DNA from: the human T2T-CHM13v2.0 reference genome, Homo sapiens
Reading direction: 5' to 3' (one strand)
Length of the DNA stretch: 64,000 nucleotides
NCBI RefSeq assembly: GCF_009914755.1
Contig: NC_060929.1
Below, one piece after another: positions 13,931 through 27,359 of the stretch (within the stretch, counting starts at the first letter, position 1; every line of letters starts with the position of its first letter). Under the pieces are notes generated by a model. That model did not search any database, was not told where the DNA came from, and worked only from the letters and a program-made list of their open reading frames with translations. Made by a program: the position numbers and the translations under genes.

Positions 13931-16900
13931 ACAAAATTGATTTTCAGAAAATATGACAATAATCAAATTTGAGGGATACCAAAAGAAATTATGAAGCTCT
14001 GTGTAGACCTCCTGGTTTAGAGTCCCTGCAGTGACCGGAGGTCTTCTGCCATTTAGAGGAGATAAATGCCATATCTACATTGAAAGATGCGGCACAGATA
14101 CTATTCAGGTTGACAAAAGCATCCGTCCAGCATGTTTAGCTTCCTAAGGCTTTGATGTGTTTAAAAGATCAGCAAAGCTTTTCCCTTGTCTTCCCTCATC
14201 ACAACACAAGTTCAAAGAAACATTTATTATGAAAAGGCTAAATTCTAACAAATGTATCTCCCCAGATTTGAATTACAATTTAAGTTTCTCTATAACTTTA
14301 TCAGAATTTCCCCAACAGCTGAGTTAAAGTACTCTATTAATTTTCATTAGCTGTTTGTGATTAATTTGTTCTGTTTTAAGTATCAAAGTCAAAAGAATGA
14401 GACATGTTATTGTTATTGAGCGAGGAATGTAAGAAGATAACAGAGAATTAATGTAGAAAAGCAAACTGTATCTAGATTGAGATTGTCTAACTAGCTACTT
14501 AGTAATGAATTTAAGGCATGTTAGGAACATCAGTTAGAATGTGGGTAAATGGTCATGTAAAGCCAAATCCATGAATCTGATTTCCTGTTCATTTAAGACC
14601 AACTATATTTAATTTTAAACAGCTTCTTTCCTTTTACTATTTTTTCTAAAAGCGATCAAAGCACACAATGAATATGATTTAAAGAGGGTATTTTATGAAA
14701 ATTTCCAAAATATCTAATCTGTCTTTAAATAGAGACTAAAATCCAAACACAAAGAACATTTTAAGCTTTATTTAATTATTTTTATTTGAAGTCTTTACAT
14801 CTCAGGTTCTAAATGTTGTACAAATATGACCAGAATAGTTAAATTATTTTAGAGTTCAGTAGTACCAGTAAGTATAAACTAACCCACTACTCAAAAAATG
14901 TTACACATATTATAATTTAATTGGCTTTTAACTTTTGAATGTAGAAATTATGATAATTGTTCTCACAGTATATTAAAGACATTTAGAGTTGAGGACAAGA
15001 GAAAAACCCCACAAATTAAAAAAACTTTTAGCATAAGGCGTTCTGTTGGGGATAAGAGCTTTCTTTATATAAGTGGGCTTTGTTCTGGTATAGCAAGACA
15101 ATTTTCCTTGCGTATTTGCAAATTATCTAAAATGCAATGATAACCTTCTATCAACACTCTATTTGTGAAACAGTAACCTATGAGGCCCATACTGAGAAAT
15201 TTCCACTTCTTTTTCCACTTTGCAATTCTTTGAATGATGTCTGCTTATCTTCAAGGTTTCCTCTGGCCATTTGACCCCTATCTTTAATATCATGCTTTCT
15301 GTTCTGTGCTGTTCAGCTCCTCACCTTCCCACTTTTGGTTAAATTCTTCCCTTCTTTCAGAGTCCTTATTATCTCAGACAAAGGACTGGCACTTCAGGCT
15401 ATATGCCCCCATTCTTTTCATGTTCCTATCAATGTCCATCTCTTGCATCATTCTTATACATTACTTTAAATTAAGGTAGAACTTTGCTCATTTCTCTTGA
15501 GTTGAACTTTCTTTCTCCACTATTTGGTTAGTTAATAGGACAGGAAAACGGTAAGAAATCAAGATAATCAAGATTTATGAGAGGCTGGGAGTGAAGAACT
15601 TTAGAAAGTAGCCTCATCTTTGTCCCAGTGACCACTTGCCACTACTAAGCCAAAGTGGCCATGAAATTTTCCATTTCGGACACATCTACCACTTTGGACA
15701 GTTAAGGAGAAATGGAGTTAAAGAAGAAAGGAGTGTATAAAAATGACGGGAGCAGATGAGACTGAAATAGCAGTGGAGGGGAAAAGCAGGAGTTGGCATC
15801 AACACAGAATTTGGGAGGTGAATGAACTGAAAGTAGCCCAAAGAATAGGAATAACACTCCTTTCCCTGTCCCTTCAAGAATTGCCCAAAAGTTATACACT
15901 TTAGTGAGGGTTATAAGCCTTTGAAATCTACCCTTGTATCCATAAAGTGCCAACATTTTAGCTTCTTGGTGTACTTTCTTTAGCTTTTTAAAAAAGATAC
16001 AGCACCAACCTAATAGAAAAATATTATGAGATATAATAAAATTTTGAAAGTTCAATGACATTATATGCAGCATGAAAAGAAGTGTTTAATAATAGGACAC
16101 AGATAAATGTTTCTTTGTTGTGATGGCTACAGGTATTGTCTTTTATCAGTATAATTTTAATTTTCATTATTCTGACAATACTGACTTAAATGATTGATAG
16201 TTGTTGGTTTTCACTTTAGGACAGCAGAGTGTTACTTAACATGAAATTCTGAAAGAAAATGCTTTTGAGAATTTAGACTCTGGTGGAATAACTTTCTTGA
16301 TACACAGCTAACCTTTTTTTCTAGGAATTTAAAATCTACCGCCTTTGGTAAACTCAGAAATGTTGAGAAGAAAAGAGAATTAGGAATGTATGTGTTGTCC
16401 TTTGCCCAAAAGAAAAAAAAAAAAGAAAAAAGAATTGACAGTCAAAGAAAGAATCAATCCAAGGTGGAAGGGGAGAGACAAAACAAAAGAAAGAAAGAAA
16501 GAAAAACCATGTCCATGTATAAACCTTAGAAATTAACATGAGAACCACCCCCAAGTTAAGGATTGGTTTACATGATGACTTGAAATATACTTTCCATTTA
16601 ATATGAGAAAAATATATTCTAATCAAGTCTTCCTTTGTTCTTATTTTTTAGCATTTCTAGAGTCTATCTGATTTCTCAGTTCTAGCGTAAAAGTTTGCAT
16701 ATGAGTTCTAGGTGAAATAAATGGCAGTAAATGCTTGTTAATCTAATAACTATTATAGCATAATGTTTTACAATGGAAAACATTATGCTTGCTTCTTTCC
16801 TACAGATATTATGCAGATTCATTGAACATGTCTTTTTGAAAATGTGGTATACATAAGGAATGCTGCATTGGATAAAAATTGGTAAAATTTCACTTGTAGG

Positions 16901-19027
16901 GAATACTTAGGAGCAAGAATGTAAAAAAACTACACCACTCCGTTATACTTCATTAGGTCATGTATCTGGTTTACTGAATACAATGAAGAAGAAATATGAT
17001 ATGGTTTATTATTTTATATATTCAGATAGATAATAGATAGTCTGAGCTATTTCCATAATTCACTGCCTTGTTATTAAAAAAAAAACATAAACCTGATGAG
17101 TGTTTTCAAGTAGGTAAGTTATTTTAGTCTATTCTTTGAAGCAGAGCAATGAAAGCTCTATAATGTCCACATAATAGACCAACTTACTGTAATGTAATAA
17201 TCTTGGAGGAGATTTAACACCCATTATCTGAAGACCTAAAACCTCTAGGGAACTGTTATGGTTGCTCAGCACTGCTATAGGACCTAAATGTAAGAACAGA
17301 AACATTTCTGAATAAGATCCAAAGTGACTGGGGAGAAATCATGGGACAGTGGGTTCATCATAGAATTTAAAATCAGACAGAGCTGAACCAGGTCTGCCTT
17401 ATACTCTTTTGATTGATATTGAACAACCCTACTTCATAGAATTTATGTAAGTAATACGTTATTTAAGGTATGGAAAGTATTCAACAAATAGTGGTTATTT
17501 TATTTCTAAATTCCAACTAATCTTGTATGCTTTGCAGAAATACCATTTGGTGATGATTGAAGGTAGAGAGGGGAAAGCAATATTGTCTTTTCTATAATAT
17601 TCTTTAAAAAGAGTGTATGCATATCTTGATAACCTCACTCTAGCAATAACATTTGTGAATTTAAAACTATCTGGAAGTTAGTAAATTTTTATTCTCAGTC
17701 CATGCTACCACGTATTCCTTAATTAGCTGTCTCCTTTATAAAATTATATTATTTTAGTCTTAAATTTGATCTTCATGAGTATCACAAACAAATCAATGCA
17801 CACTTATGAAGTAGCCCTTATGTATTATTAACTATAGGATACAAAGAAGTAGAAGTCACACTCCAGCATCTAGACCTTACTTTTACTTCAGTCATTGAAA
17901 TTCAGTGTACATTGTGTTAGGCACATTCTGTCAAAGGACAAAACAATTTGTGAAAGTTAATAAATATTAGATATAGATGTCACAAATTCTTTTATAACAT
18001 ATAAGTTTCTGAATAAATTGTATCAAAAATAACTTCAATTGGAGTTCAAGGGAACAAGGATTTTGGATTAAGAAATTTATAGAAAGTTTTAGGAAAAAAA
18101 AAAAAACTAACCAGAATTCATTTTTCAAAGTGCTGTGTTTACTGATTGCCACGTATAGGTTAAGCACTCTAGTAAACCACAGGCAGGAGGAAGACAGAGT
18201 ACCCTTACATAAAGGGAATGAAAATATTTAGGAAGTTCGTTACCTTGCCCACACTAAAGTTCATCTACATTAAAAAAAATAAGTTGCTTGCTTTGAGATA
18301 TTTCAGTAATTTAAGTTGGAGAATGTTGCCGTCTAAAGGAAATCCATGATGTCTCCAAATTTGGGGATGTCAGTCTCTCTGTTTTACATGAGTAAACAGA
18401 ATCTAGAACAGTAAGCCAATTCTAGCGGAGTAAAGTGAGTCTCTAGATTTTATTGCATTGTCTACTAGCTCCAAAGCATTAATCCTCTTCCCCAAATGCA
18501 TCACATAGTTTGGTAGGATCTCATTAGTTATATAATAATTTCCTCACCATTCCATCAAAGTTCCGAACTTCAGGAAAGAAGCATTTCCAGAGATGGGTGC
18601 AGATTCAAATAGAGGTGGGTGGGTGTGTGTTGCCCTTACATGAACAAATAAAAATAACTCGTCTAGAGTTTATAGTTCATGACAGGCATTTTGTTTACAA
18701 AAATAATTTTTCATTTAAAAGCTCTACTTAAAAAATTTTTTTGAATTTAAATTTCCACTTTATGTACAAGTTAGGTACAAGTACTTATTCCCCACTGAAA
18801 TCTATGCTATGAATCCTAAAGTCTTATCAAATGACAAGAAAACAAAGAATCATTACAATCATAACTTATCTTGGATCCCTTAAGTCTAAAGATCCTTAAA
18901 GCCTATTGCTAATATTATAGCTCAACCATAGGAAATACGACTGAAGATCATGCATTACCTGATTGTATTATCCAGTTTTATTCATGTTTAGCACAAACTC
19001 TCTGATAGCTAATTTTACATTAAAATT

Positions 19028-19559
19028 CTGTCTTCTAAAATGTGGGACACATAACATTCTAGATGTTTCATGCTATGTTGAGGGTATATGAGATGCTTCT
19101 GAGGTGGCACATACAAGTAGTATGAAATAACATTAAATCATAAAATGAAACACTTCCTGTTTTTCAGTTCTTCTGGTTATGTCAAGGAAAATCTCAGTTT
19201 ATTACTAATATGTCCTTAACACCTCTGGAAAACTTGCTTATCTCCCTTTCCAACAAATGAAATCTGAGGCCTCAGACTTAGATTCTTTTGCCAAAACATA
19301 GCATATAGCCACAATTTAACCATGGTATCTTGTTTTTATTATATTTAATTATGTGATCACCTTCTATTTATGGCAACAGATATTGGCTTTCCCTTTATTA
19401 GAGTGATATAATAATTTGTCTTTAAAAATACATTAATTTTAGTATACAAAGTGAGTCAATTTGCAGGAAAAGAATTAAGGAAATAATAGGATAGGGCCTG
19501 ACAAATATGGCAACATTTGTAGTAGTGGTATGTGAATGACTGGTGTTGAGAAAATACTG
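19028..19559. mobile_element. Probable old hAT-Charlie-type DNA transposon
   Basis: Ends ctgtcttctaaaatgtgg and gtggtatgtgaatgactggtgttgagaaaatactg resemble degenerate CAGTGTTTCCCAAA-type TIRs. Confidence 0.45.
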
Positions 19560-20146
19560 CTAATGATGGTTTAACAACCCAGGAAAGTAAAAGCTCTTGC
19601 TGAATGCAGACAGATCAAAGCACAACTCTGATTAAAGAACTAGAGGTGAACAAATGTGAATCCAGACATAGGGGCCAACAGAACAAGCCAGGTTGGATGG
19701 CCAGAGATCTGGTCAGAGTGCAAGCAAAGAGACGTCCATAGAGAACAGAGAGACAGGTGAGACTGAAAACACAGAAAAGCTGTCAGCTCCAAGTCTGAGG
19801 CAAGCTGCTAGTCCAGCCCAAGTACTTTAATGCATCCCATTGCCACAGTCCAATTTTATGGATTCATGCTTGAATGGGGATAAATTCAGGCAGATGATAA
19901 TACCATGTCTGAATAAAGACAAACTGTTAGGAAAATAGCATTTTAAGCAATTGTATTTGTTACTAGGGTACTATAAAAACCACAAGATGTGTCATTTGAA
20001 AGTTGTTAAAAAGATTAAATGAATTTTTTTATTACAAAATTTCAAACAAACAGTAAAAATATCAGATTTGAGATGAGTTATAGTTGGGGCAAAAGTTAAC
20101 CTTTTTTTTTTCCTTTACCAAAATTAGGGTTTTACTGTTTTGTTTT

Positions 20147-20149
<3 letters not shown>

Positions 20150-20195
<46 letters not shown>
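20150..20195. repeat. (TG)23 microsatellite
   Basis: Uninterrupted TG run. Confidence 0.97.
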
Positions 20196-20198
<3 letters not shown>

Positions 20199-21269
20199 AA
20201 CCAACTCTCTGACCCACTTCTGCTTCCAGGGTCAAATATTTTGCATTTCCAATACTCAGGATTGAGAGAGTACAAGTTTTCCTTCATGATGATTTTCTGT
20301 GGAACATTTGCTAATAATAACTAAGTTTCAGCATTGTTATGATTTTATAGTATGTACTGGGTCAGTGGTTTCTAGGGGTCAGTAAAAGAAAGGAAGTTTT
20401 GGAACTTTCAAAGGATTTCATTTGAAAAAATAACTTTTCGAATTTGGATAATAGCACTTGTATATTCCTTGTAGTTTCCCTGATTCAAGGCAATAAGCAG
20501 TATATACAATTACTTGTTAGCTCCCTTCTTTTCATGTTGATAGGGACCACCCATCTGTGGCCTTGGGTGCCTAAAAAACTTTAGTTATTACAATCGAGAG
20601 TCACATTAGAGATTGTCTGTAACTTAAATCAGCATATATTATGTATATACACTATTTTCAAATATATTTGGATATTTTTAGTGACAAAATTATAAAATTT
20701 ATTTTAAAGCATCCACACTAGCTTTTCATCATAATGTAGGTATAATGACCCCATGTGGGAGTCTGCAAAATATCTTGACCTTAAAAATAGTCTTCAAATT
20801 CCAAAACAAACAATATACTGCTGGAAAATAATGAATATAGAATGAGAAAATGGGAAGACTTGATTTGAAGATACCTTGAGGAAAAAAATCAGTAAAATAA
20901 AACTGAACAAATAGAATTTAACCAAGAATATAATACTTCAGCTAGGTTTTATATTTTCTGTTTACAAGACTATTAATGCATTACAATTTTCCATTATTAT
21001 TGAACTTCCATTCATCTTAACCAAAGTGAACGACCATTACCATCATCAATATCTGACAATGTACAGGATCATTCTCTGCAACATGCTTGGGGATCTCTTC
21101 ACAAAAACAACCTTATTTTGACCTCAAGCTTTCCTCAAAATTTCTCTCCTTTTTTTTCTTTGCTTCCCTTCTCAGAAATAGAAAGTTTTTCCCCATTGTT
21201 TCACTGTTCATTCCCTTTCTCAGCTCAAAAAAAAAAAAAAAAATCGAACTTCTACTTGCCTTTCATCAG

Positions 21270-22750
21270 GCACCAACAATGCTGCTCAATTTCAACTGTC
21301 TTTTCTCATCTTACCCCTCCTTGCATGGCATTCAACATAGCTGACCTTCTATACTTGGAAAGTTTTCTCATCCATCTTCTGAGATATCACTCTCTTGATT
21401 TTTCTCCCATCCCTTTAGTACTTCTAAGTCATTTTTCTGTTTTCTTCTCTTGCTCTACTCAGTATGAAAATATTGGGTTGACGTTGGACTCAGGCCTAAG
21501 TGTTCTATGCTGCCTCCACAGGCACTTCTGTTTCATGACTTTAAATTCAATACATATGTTGATGATGCCCAAACATACATCTCCAGCCTTGACCTATTCT
21601 CTAACCTCATAAACCTCTAATCACTTAACGGCTGCCCTTGAAATTCTAATAGTGATCTTATCTCCAAAATTAACTGATTTGTCCTCCTGAAGCTGTTCCT
21701 TGTCCCACAGCCTTAATCTCAGCACAAAACAACACCACTTACTCTTTTCCTCTTATCTATGTACCTCCCACCCCCATTTACAGTCAAACATGAACACTTA
21801 CTTGTTCTGCCTCCAAAATGTCTTGACTCTTTCACTTCTCTACAGCTCCACTGTCAGTGCTATCCAAAACCATCATTTTTTTCTCATTTGTATATTTCCT
21901 TCATTTTTCCCAGTCCCCAAAATAAAGTGAATTAAAAAAAACAAATATAAAATTATATCATGTTTTTCACTTACATCAATCCATTCACTAGCTTCCCAAA
22001 TTAACATGTCAATTAATTTTGGAGATAACATCACTACTTAGTTAGAATAAATGTCAGATTTTCTAGCATGGCCTACATGACCAGGATCTACTTTCCAAAC
22101 TTCTCCCACTACTCTCTACTTCACACAACATTCTCCAGCCCACTTGGCCTTCTTTCTTTTTCACACATTGATTTCATTCTTCAGAACTCATGCACTCTGC
22201 CTGAGCTTTATTTCCTTGATTTTTGTATAGCTTACTCTACACTTTGTCATTCAGGTCTCAGTACATCGCCTCATAAGTAAATAATCTGATACAAATAATC
22301 GGTCTCAAAGTAGCTCCATCTTGAACTTTTTGCAATAATAGAAATGTTTGATAACTTATGCTATCCAATATGTGAGTGTTGAGCATTTAAAATATGACTA
22401 ATAATATTGAGAAACAGAATAATTTTATTTAGTTTTCTTTTACTGTGTCAACTAATTTAAATTAAAATAGCTATGCTTGGCTAGTGACTACTGAATTGAA
22501 TAATGCAGTTCTAGCACAGCATCTTATTTTGTTTCTTAAAAAATAAAATTATAAATTATAAATTTCAAAAAATGAATTAATATGCTTTTGAAAAATTTAT
22601 TTCTGTTCTCTACAGCATAACCACCATGAGGGTGGGGATGTCTTTGTTGGTTTGCTTTCATATAATCAGTACCTAGAGGAAGGCCAAGAACATAGTAAAT
22701 ACTCAATAAATATTTGTAGAAAAAAATAGATAATTGAATGAATGGATGAA
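21270..22750 (+). mobile_element. LINE-2 3' portion, interrupted by MER3
   Basis: Pyrimidine-rich L2 body ending catagtaaatactcaataaatatttg...aattgaatgaatggatgaa. Confidence 0.7.
22311..22508. mobile_element. MER3-like hAT MITE
   Basis: gaactttttgcaataatagaaatgtt...aatagctatgcttggctagtgactactgaattgaataatgcag. Confidence 0.7.
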
Positions 22751-22789
22751 TCTATCCCTCATGAAGTTAAGCATGAGTCATAATATCTC

Positions 22790-23350
22790 CCTTTCAGACT
22801 AGTATAACTGCGTCCTCCCTATGCTTCCTGGGATGACTCCTGCCTCACTCGACTCTCTCCTTCACGTCACTGTCAAAAGTGATCACTCTGAGTTACATAT
22901 GGGATCAAGTCACACTCTCCTGCCTAAAACACTTTGGTTTTTATGTCACCATCATGAAGAAATGCGAGCAACCCTTTATAATATGGTAACTTTTGCCTAG
23001 TCTGGCTCTGCCCACCTCATATTTTACTCAAGCAATATTGATGTACTTGCCATTTTTCACACATCTTAGGGCAGTATGAATAGAACTTCTTTTTGTTTAG
23101 CAAAACTATATCCATCCTTCAAAAACTCTGAGGGCTGTTCTTTGTGATGCTTCGTCCCTGGCAAATCTTTCTTCTCTTGCTAAGAATCACTCTTTTTTGG
23201 GGGGCACCTTTTATACTTTGCCCAAATATTGATTGCCACATGAATAAATCATACAGGACAGCATGGACTGACCTACTTTGCAATTTTAGCACAGAGCAAA
23301 AGGTCTAGCTATAGCACAAAATAAGTGCTCAATCAATACTTGCTAATTAA
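22790..23350 (+). mobile_element. LINE-2 fragment
   Basis: atcaagtcacactctcctgcctaaaacact...aaataagtgctcaatcaatacttgctaatt. Confidence 0.55.
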
Positions 23351-24193
23351 ACTCATCTCATGCCCTTATAGTAGGATTCCATTGTGCTGGTGGAGGGGAC
23401 CCAATGGCTCTGTCTCAAGGTTTTTATTGTTCCTATAGAAAAACTATTATTTTCTTTTTTACCATTTGTCTTATATAGAACAACTGTTTTTAGTGTCTAT
23501 AATATGATTTTCTTTATGTTGGGAACATGCTATATTTTTATTTAATTTAGAAGGTCAGTATAGGAGTCTTACACACAATCCCTCTGGAATATGTCTTTTC
23601 CTAAGACTGCCACGATTTGCTATAAAATGTAAATAGAATGTGTCTGGGCAAAAATGTTTGACAATATGTGGATGGTTAACAGAAGCTCCTGAGGATTCTA
23701 CCTGCCATCTCTCTATACCATGAATGAAGTAGTTAATAAGGCACAAGTAGACTTGCAACTTTTTTTTAAAAGAAATGTCTCATATGTTCTGAAAAGTTGT
23801 GCATATAAAGGTGGGTTAACAGTGAGTTATTAAAAATATAATTTGCTTTTGTGAAACCACTGGCAATAGTAGGATGAAATATTCCATAAGTATTAAACAA
23901 AGTTAACACTAATAAAACTTACTAATGGGATAGTCTTGCCATACTTCCTTGCCATAGTAACACAACTTACTAATGGAGTAGTCTCACCTAGTTCTGAAAA
24001 CAGAACTAGGGACAGAAGAAAGGGCACTTAACATGGGATCTGGATTTTATAATCATTTTGACACTAATTGTGCATATTTGTGTTCACCAGACCTTCTGAG
24101 TTGTAAAGAAAGTTCAGTGCAAGTTTCTATCACTCCCATCCCAGATAAGGTGGAACTTCCAGCCTTCCCATTATCTCTAGAGGTTCTTAGGAG

Positions 24194-24406
24194 CAGGTTC
24201 CTAGACTTAGCAAATAAAAATACAGAATTCCCAATTAAATTTGAATTTAAGATATATAACGAATGGCTTTTTATTTTACGTGTATTTATATTACATGCAA
24301 TATTTTGGACATATTTATAAAAAGAATCTGTTATTTATCTGAAGTCCATATTTAATTGGAAGCCATTTAATAGAAATCCATATTTAATTTTTATCTGGCA
24401 GCTCTA
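24194..24406. mobile_element. MER53 palindromic MITE
   Basis: agacttagcaaataaaaatacagaattcccaattaaatttgaattt...catgcaatattttggacata...ttttatctggcagctcta. Confidence 0.8.
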
Positions 24407-25011
24407 CATGGGGAGAATTCTGGGAAGTGGTGACTTATGTTTCCCCTCATCACCTCTGATTCTAAATTCTGGCTTACCCTAAATGCTCAATCTTATGTGT
24501 CCACTACAATTCTGATTTCATTTTCTATGACTCTTCTTCCTTATGCTCTGCACTAGTTGCATGGTGAACCAGGGTTTCTCTTCTTTAATGTTTCCTTCCA
24601 AAACTCGTTCAAGAAATTTATGAACACAGCTGACTTTGCTTAACATTTGCAGCTAAAAAGAGACTATAGATCTGTCCAGCTTAAATAATTTAAGATTAAA
24701 TTAAAGTTGTGTTTATTTTCTAGGATACTTTGGTTACATTCTCTGCCCCTCTCCCACTTTCTACTTTGAGCAAATTTCTCATAGGCACTTGTCTCTATAA
24801 TCTTTTGCCTCATTCTGTTTTGTTTCACCTCCTATTTCTTCAGCCATCTCATCTGTCTTGCTGCTTACCCCAGCAGCCAGATAATTATTAAATTCATATG
24901 GAAAGCAATTTAGCTATCTTTTTTTTACCACCACTTTACAAATTAAGGTCTTTGTGGTCTTAATACTTTTAACAATGATAATTCTTGCCTAAGAAAATGG
25001 GAAAGCATTTT

Positions 25012-25014
<3 letters not shown>

Positions 25015-25049
<35 letters not shown>

Positions 25050-25086
25050 ATATATATATATGTGTGTGTGTATATATCTCTATATA
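25015..25086. repeat. (TA)n with compound TA/TG tail
   Basis: About 15 TA units, then cagaa(TA)n(TG)n. Confidence 0.92.
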
Positions 25087-25344
25087 TGCCATTTTATTTG
25101 CTCTGCTAGGCTTTAGTCTCTTATTTTGAAATCACTAAGTTAGATATGGCCAAAGTGTACATGACATATCAGTTTGACTCATACTTCATTTTGAAAATAG
25201 CTTGATATTCTACTTTTGCTAAGGCTAAATATATTCATAGAAAACTAAAAAACTCTTTGGGAATATCTATCAATAACTTAAAAATTTTGAATACTCTTAG
25301 ACCTAAACAGTTGGCTTCTAGACAAGTATTTGAAAGTAATAAAG

Positions 25345-25710
25345 TTGAGTAGTTAAGGTCATAGTCTTTGGATTCCTACAGACCTGGGTTCAAATCCTAG
25401 TTTTGCCATCTAAAGTTATGAAAAGTCTAAGTCTCATTTGTTTAGTAGTTTGTTATTTGGATGTACTGTATTGAATCATGTGAGTGTCTATTTTTCTAGA
25501 ATATATTTGGAAAAGTATACTCAATAGTGTATGGCTCAGTGTAATAATTTATGACAAAAGATGAACAACAGGTTCATTCCTTTTTTAAAATTAAACAAAC
25601 ACACACACACACGCACACACACATACACATCTAGAGTTGAAATTGTCCACGTCAAAAACTGAGATAATAAGAATATCAAACAGGATTATTGTGAATATTT
25701 TAACTATTGA
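25345..25710 (+). mobile_element. MIR split by an insertion of about 200 bp
   Basis: 5' part cagacctgggttcaaatcctagttttgcca; 3' part aaaactgagataataagaatatcaaacaggattattgtgaatatt. Confidence 0.55.
25598..25629. repeat. Interrupted (CA)n
   Basis: acacacacacacacgcacacacacatacaca. Confidence 0.85.
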
Positions 25711-25799
25711 TATGTATCTCTTCTAAATATATATAATAAATGTATATTATCTATTATATACATAAATGGTTAAGTAAACTAAGATATAACTAGAAGTCA

Positions 25800-26090
25800 G
25801 AATATAAGAATCTTAAACTAATACATATGAATATTTTAATGATATGAAAAAGTATCCATGAGAAAAGCCTAAACCCAGGATAAAATGTACTGTATACAGT
25901 ATGATGTCTCCTCAGATTATCCATTTAATGTGTAATTATATAATCATAGATACAGGGAAAAAAATAAAAAGAAATTCACCAAAATAGAACAACAGGTACT
26001 TCTAGGTAGTAGAATTATGAGTAGCTATTTTAATACCTCTTTATCTACATATTTCTAACAATGGGCATGCAATACTATTAGCAATAAAAA
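25800..26090 (+). mobile_element. L1ME 3' fragment
   Basis: tgtatacagtatgat...aaagaaattcaccaaaat...acttctaggtagtagaattatgagt. Confidence 0.5.
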
Positions 26091-27276
26091 AGTAATGTTT
26101 ACATGTATAAACATATGTATGCATAACATATACATACATACAACACATAGGTGTGTGTATATATATAATATACATATATGTTCTTAAGTTTTATATATTA
26201 TTGCTGTGTATTATTTTAAAGAAATGTATCCAATTTAAAATGATGTATAAAATTTTTTTAAATAAAAATGTTTTATTCTATCCATCATTCATTTCATGAA
26301 AAAAAAAATCAGTATCTAGGTTTAGCAAAGAGATTATTAAATTACTATGGCTCATTCTTGGTTTTGTTCCATGTATTAGATAGCACTTTGGTTATTTCTT
26401 TAAAAGAATGTGATTTTGGTAACTTCCAGGTTGAAAGTTTCCAAGTTCAGAAAACTTGTTTTTATTTGTATCATTTGGTAGCTTAGTAAATAATGCCCGC
26501 TGATAATTATTATATTTCACATGGCTAAGAATTTTAAAAGTACTTAAAGTAGGTAAATATCTATTAATTAAAATTAACCTTCTTGGGTAAGACTGCTTAC
26601 TCTGGCATTGTTAAATGAAGAAAAGTGAGCTAATTAAGTTTAGCCCGCATTAAAATTTGAATTTTATTGTGTCTAAAAATACTCTTATTCTCTTATCCTT
26701 TTTCTTTAGGAAGAAGATGCTAATCTATGGCAGAATTTCTTATTTATCTCATTCAAAATACACTAATCAGATACAAAAGACATGCTTTAAACACATGACA
26801 GTATGTGTCAATTTTCTTATATAAATAAGTGGTTTGATTTCTCACCCAACAATAAACAGATAATAAGATAGATAGACACATAATTGGCAAAATGAGTCAG
26901 CAGTTCATTCTCATATTTTTGATAATTAGAGATTATATTGAGATGTCCTATATCAATAACAGATGTCACCTTCTCTGATTTATCCCATTTGATAGAATCT
27001 TTTTTTAACAGTTCAGTGGTTTTCCAAAGATTTAAAAATAGAAATATCTCTGACGATTTGAGAACTATAAGTAAAACTAAAGTTAAATGTTAGATCAAAA
27101 ATACCGTTTAATTAAACAAAGAAACATGCTACTCTGTAAACTTTTCCTCTGAAAACCAGAAATCAATGCTTTCCAAGTCAGTCCCATCGTTGGAATCTTA
27201 TCTGTAAGGAAGAAGACTTCCAGATTACCTGTGACTACTTTCTATACTAACATTTCTATTAATATTTTACTACCAT

Positions 27277-27359
27277 TATTAGTTTGAACCCTATGAATTT
27301 CCATTCTTGCAGGATAAATTTGGAGAGATGGAGTCAATAGTTTATGATTCAGTGTAATA
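27277..27359. mobile_element. Diverged MADE2-like mariner MITE
   Basis: tattagtttgaaccctatgaatttcc resembles the MADE2 end TATTAGGTTGAACCATATGAAATTGCC; about 80 bp, closing with tatgattcagtgtaata. Confidence 0.5.

Noticed and set aside
21087-22280. Group of plus-strand ORFs
   Set aside because: Stop-poor pyrimidine-rich L2 sequence; no recognisable protein.
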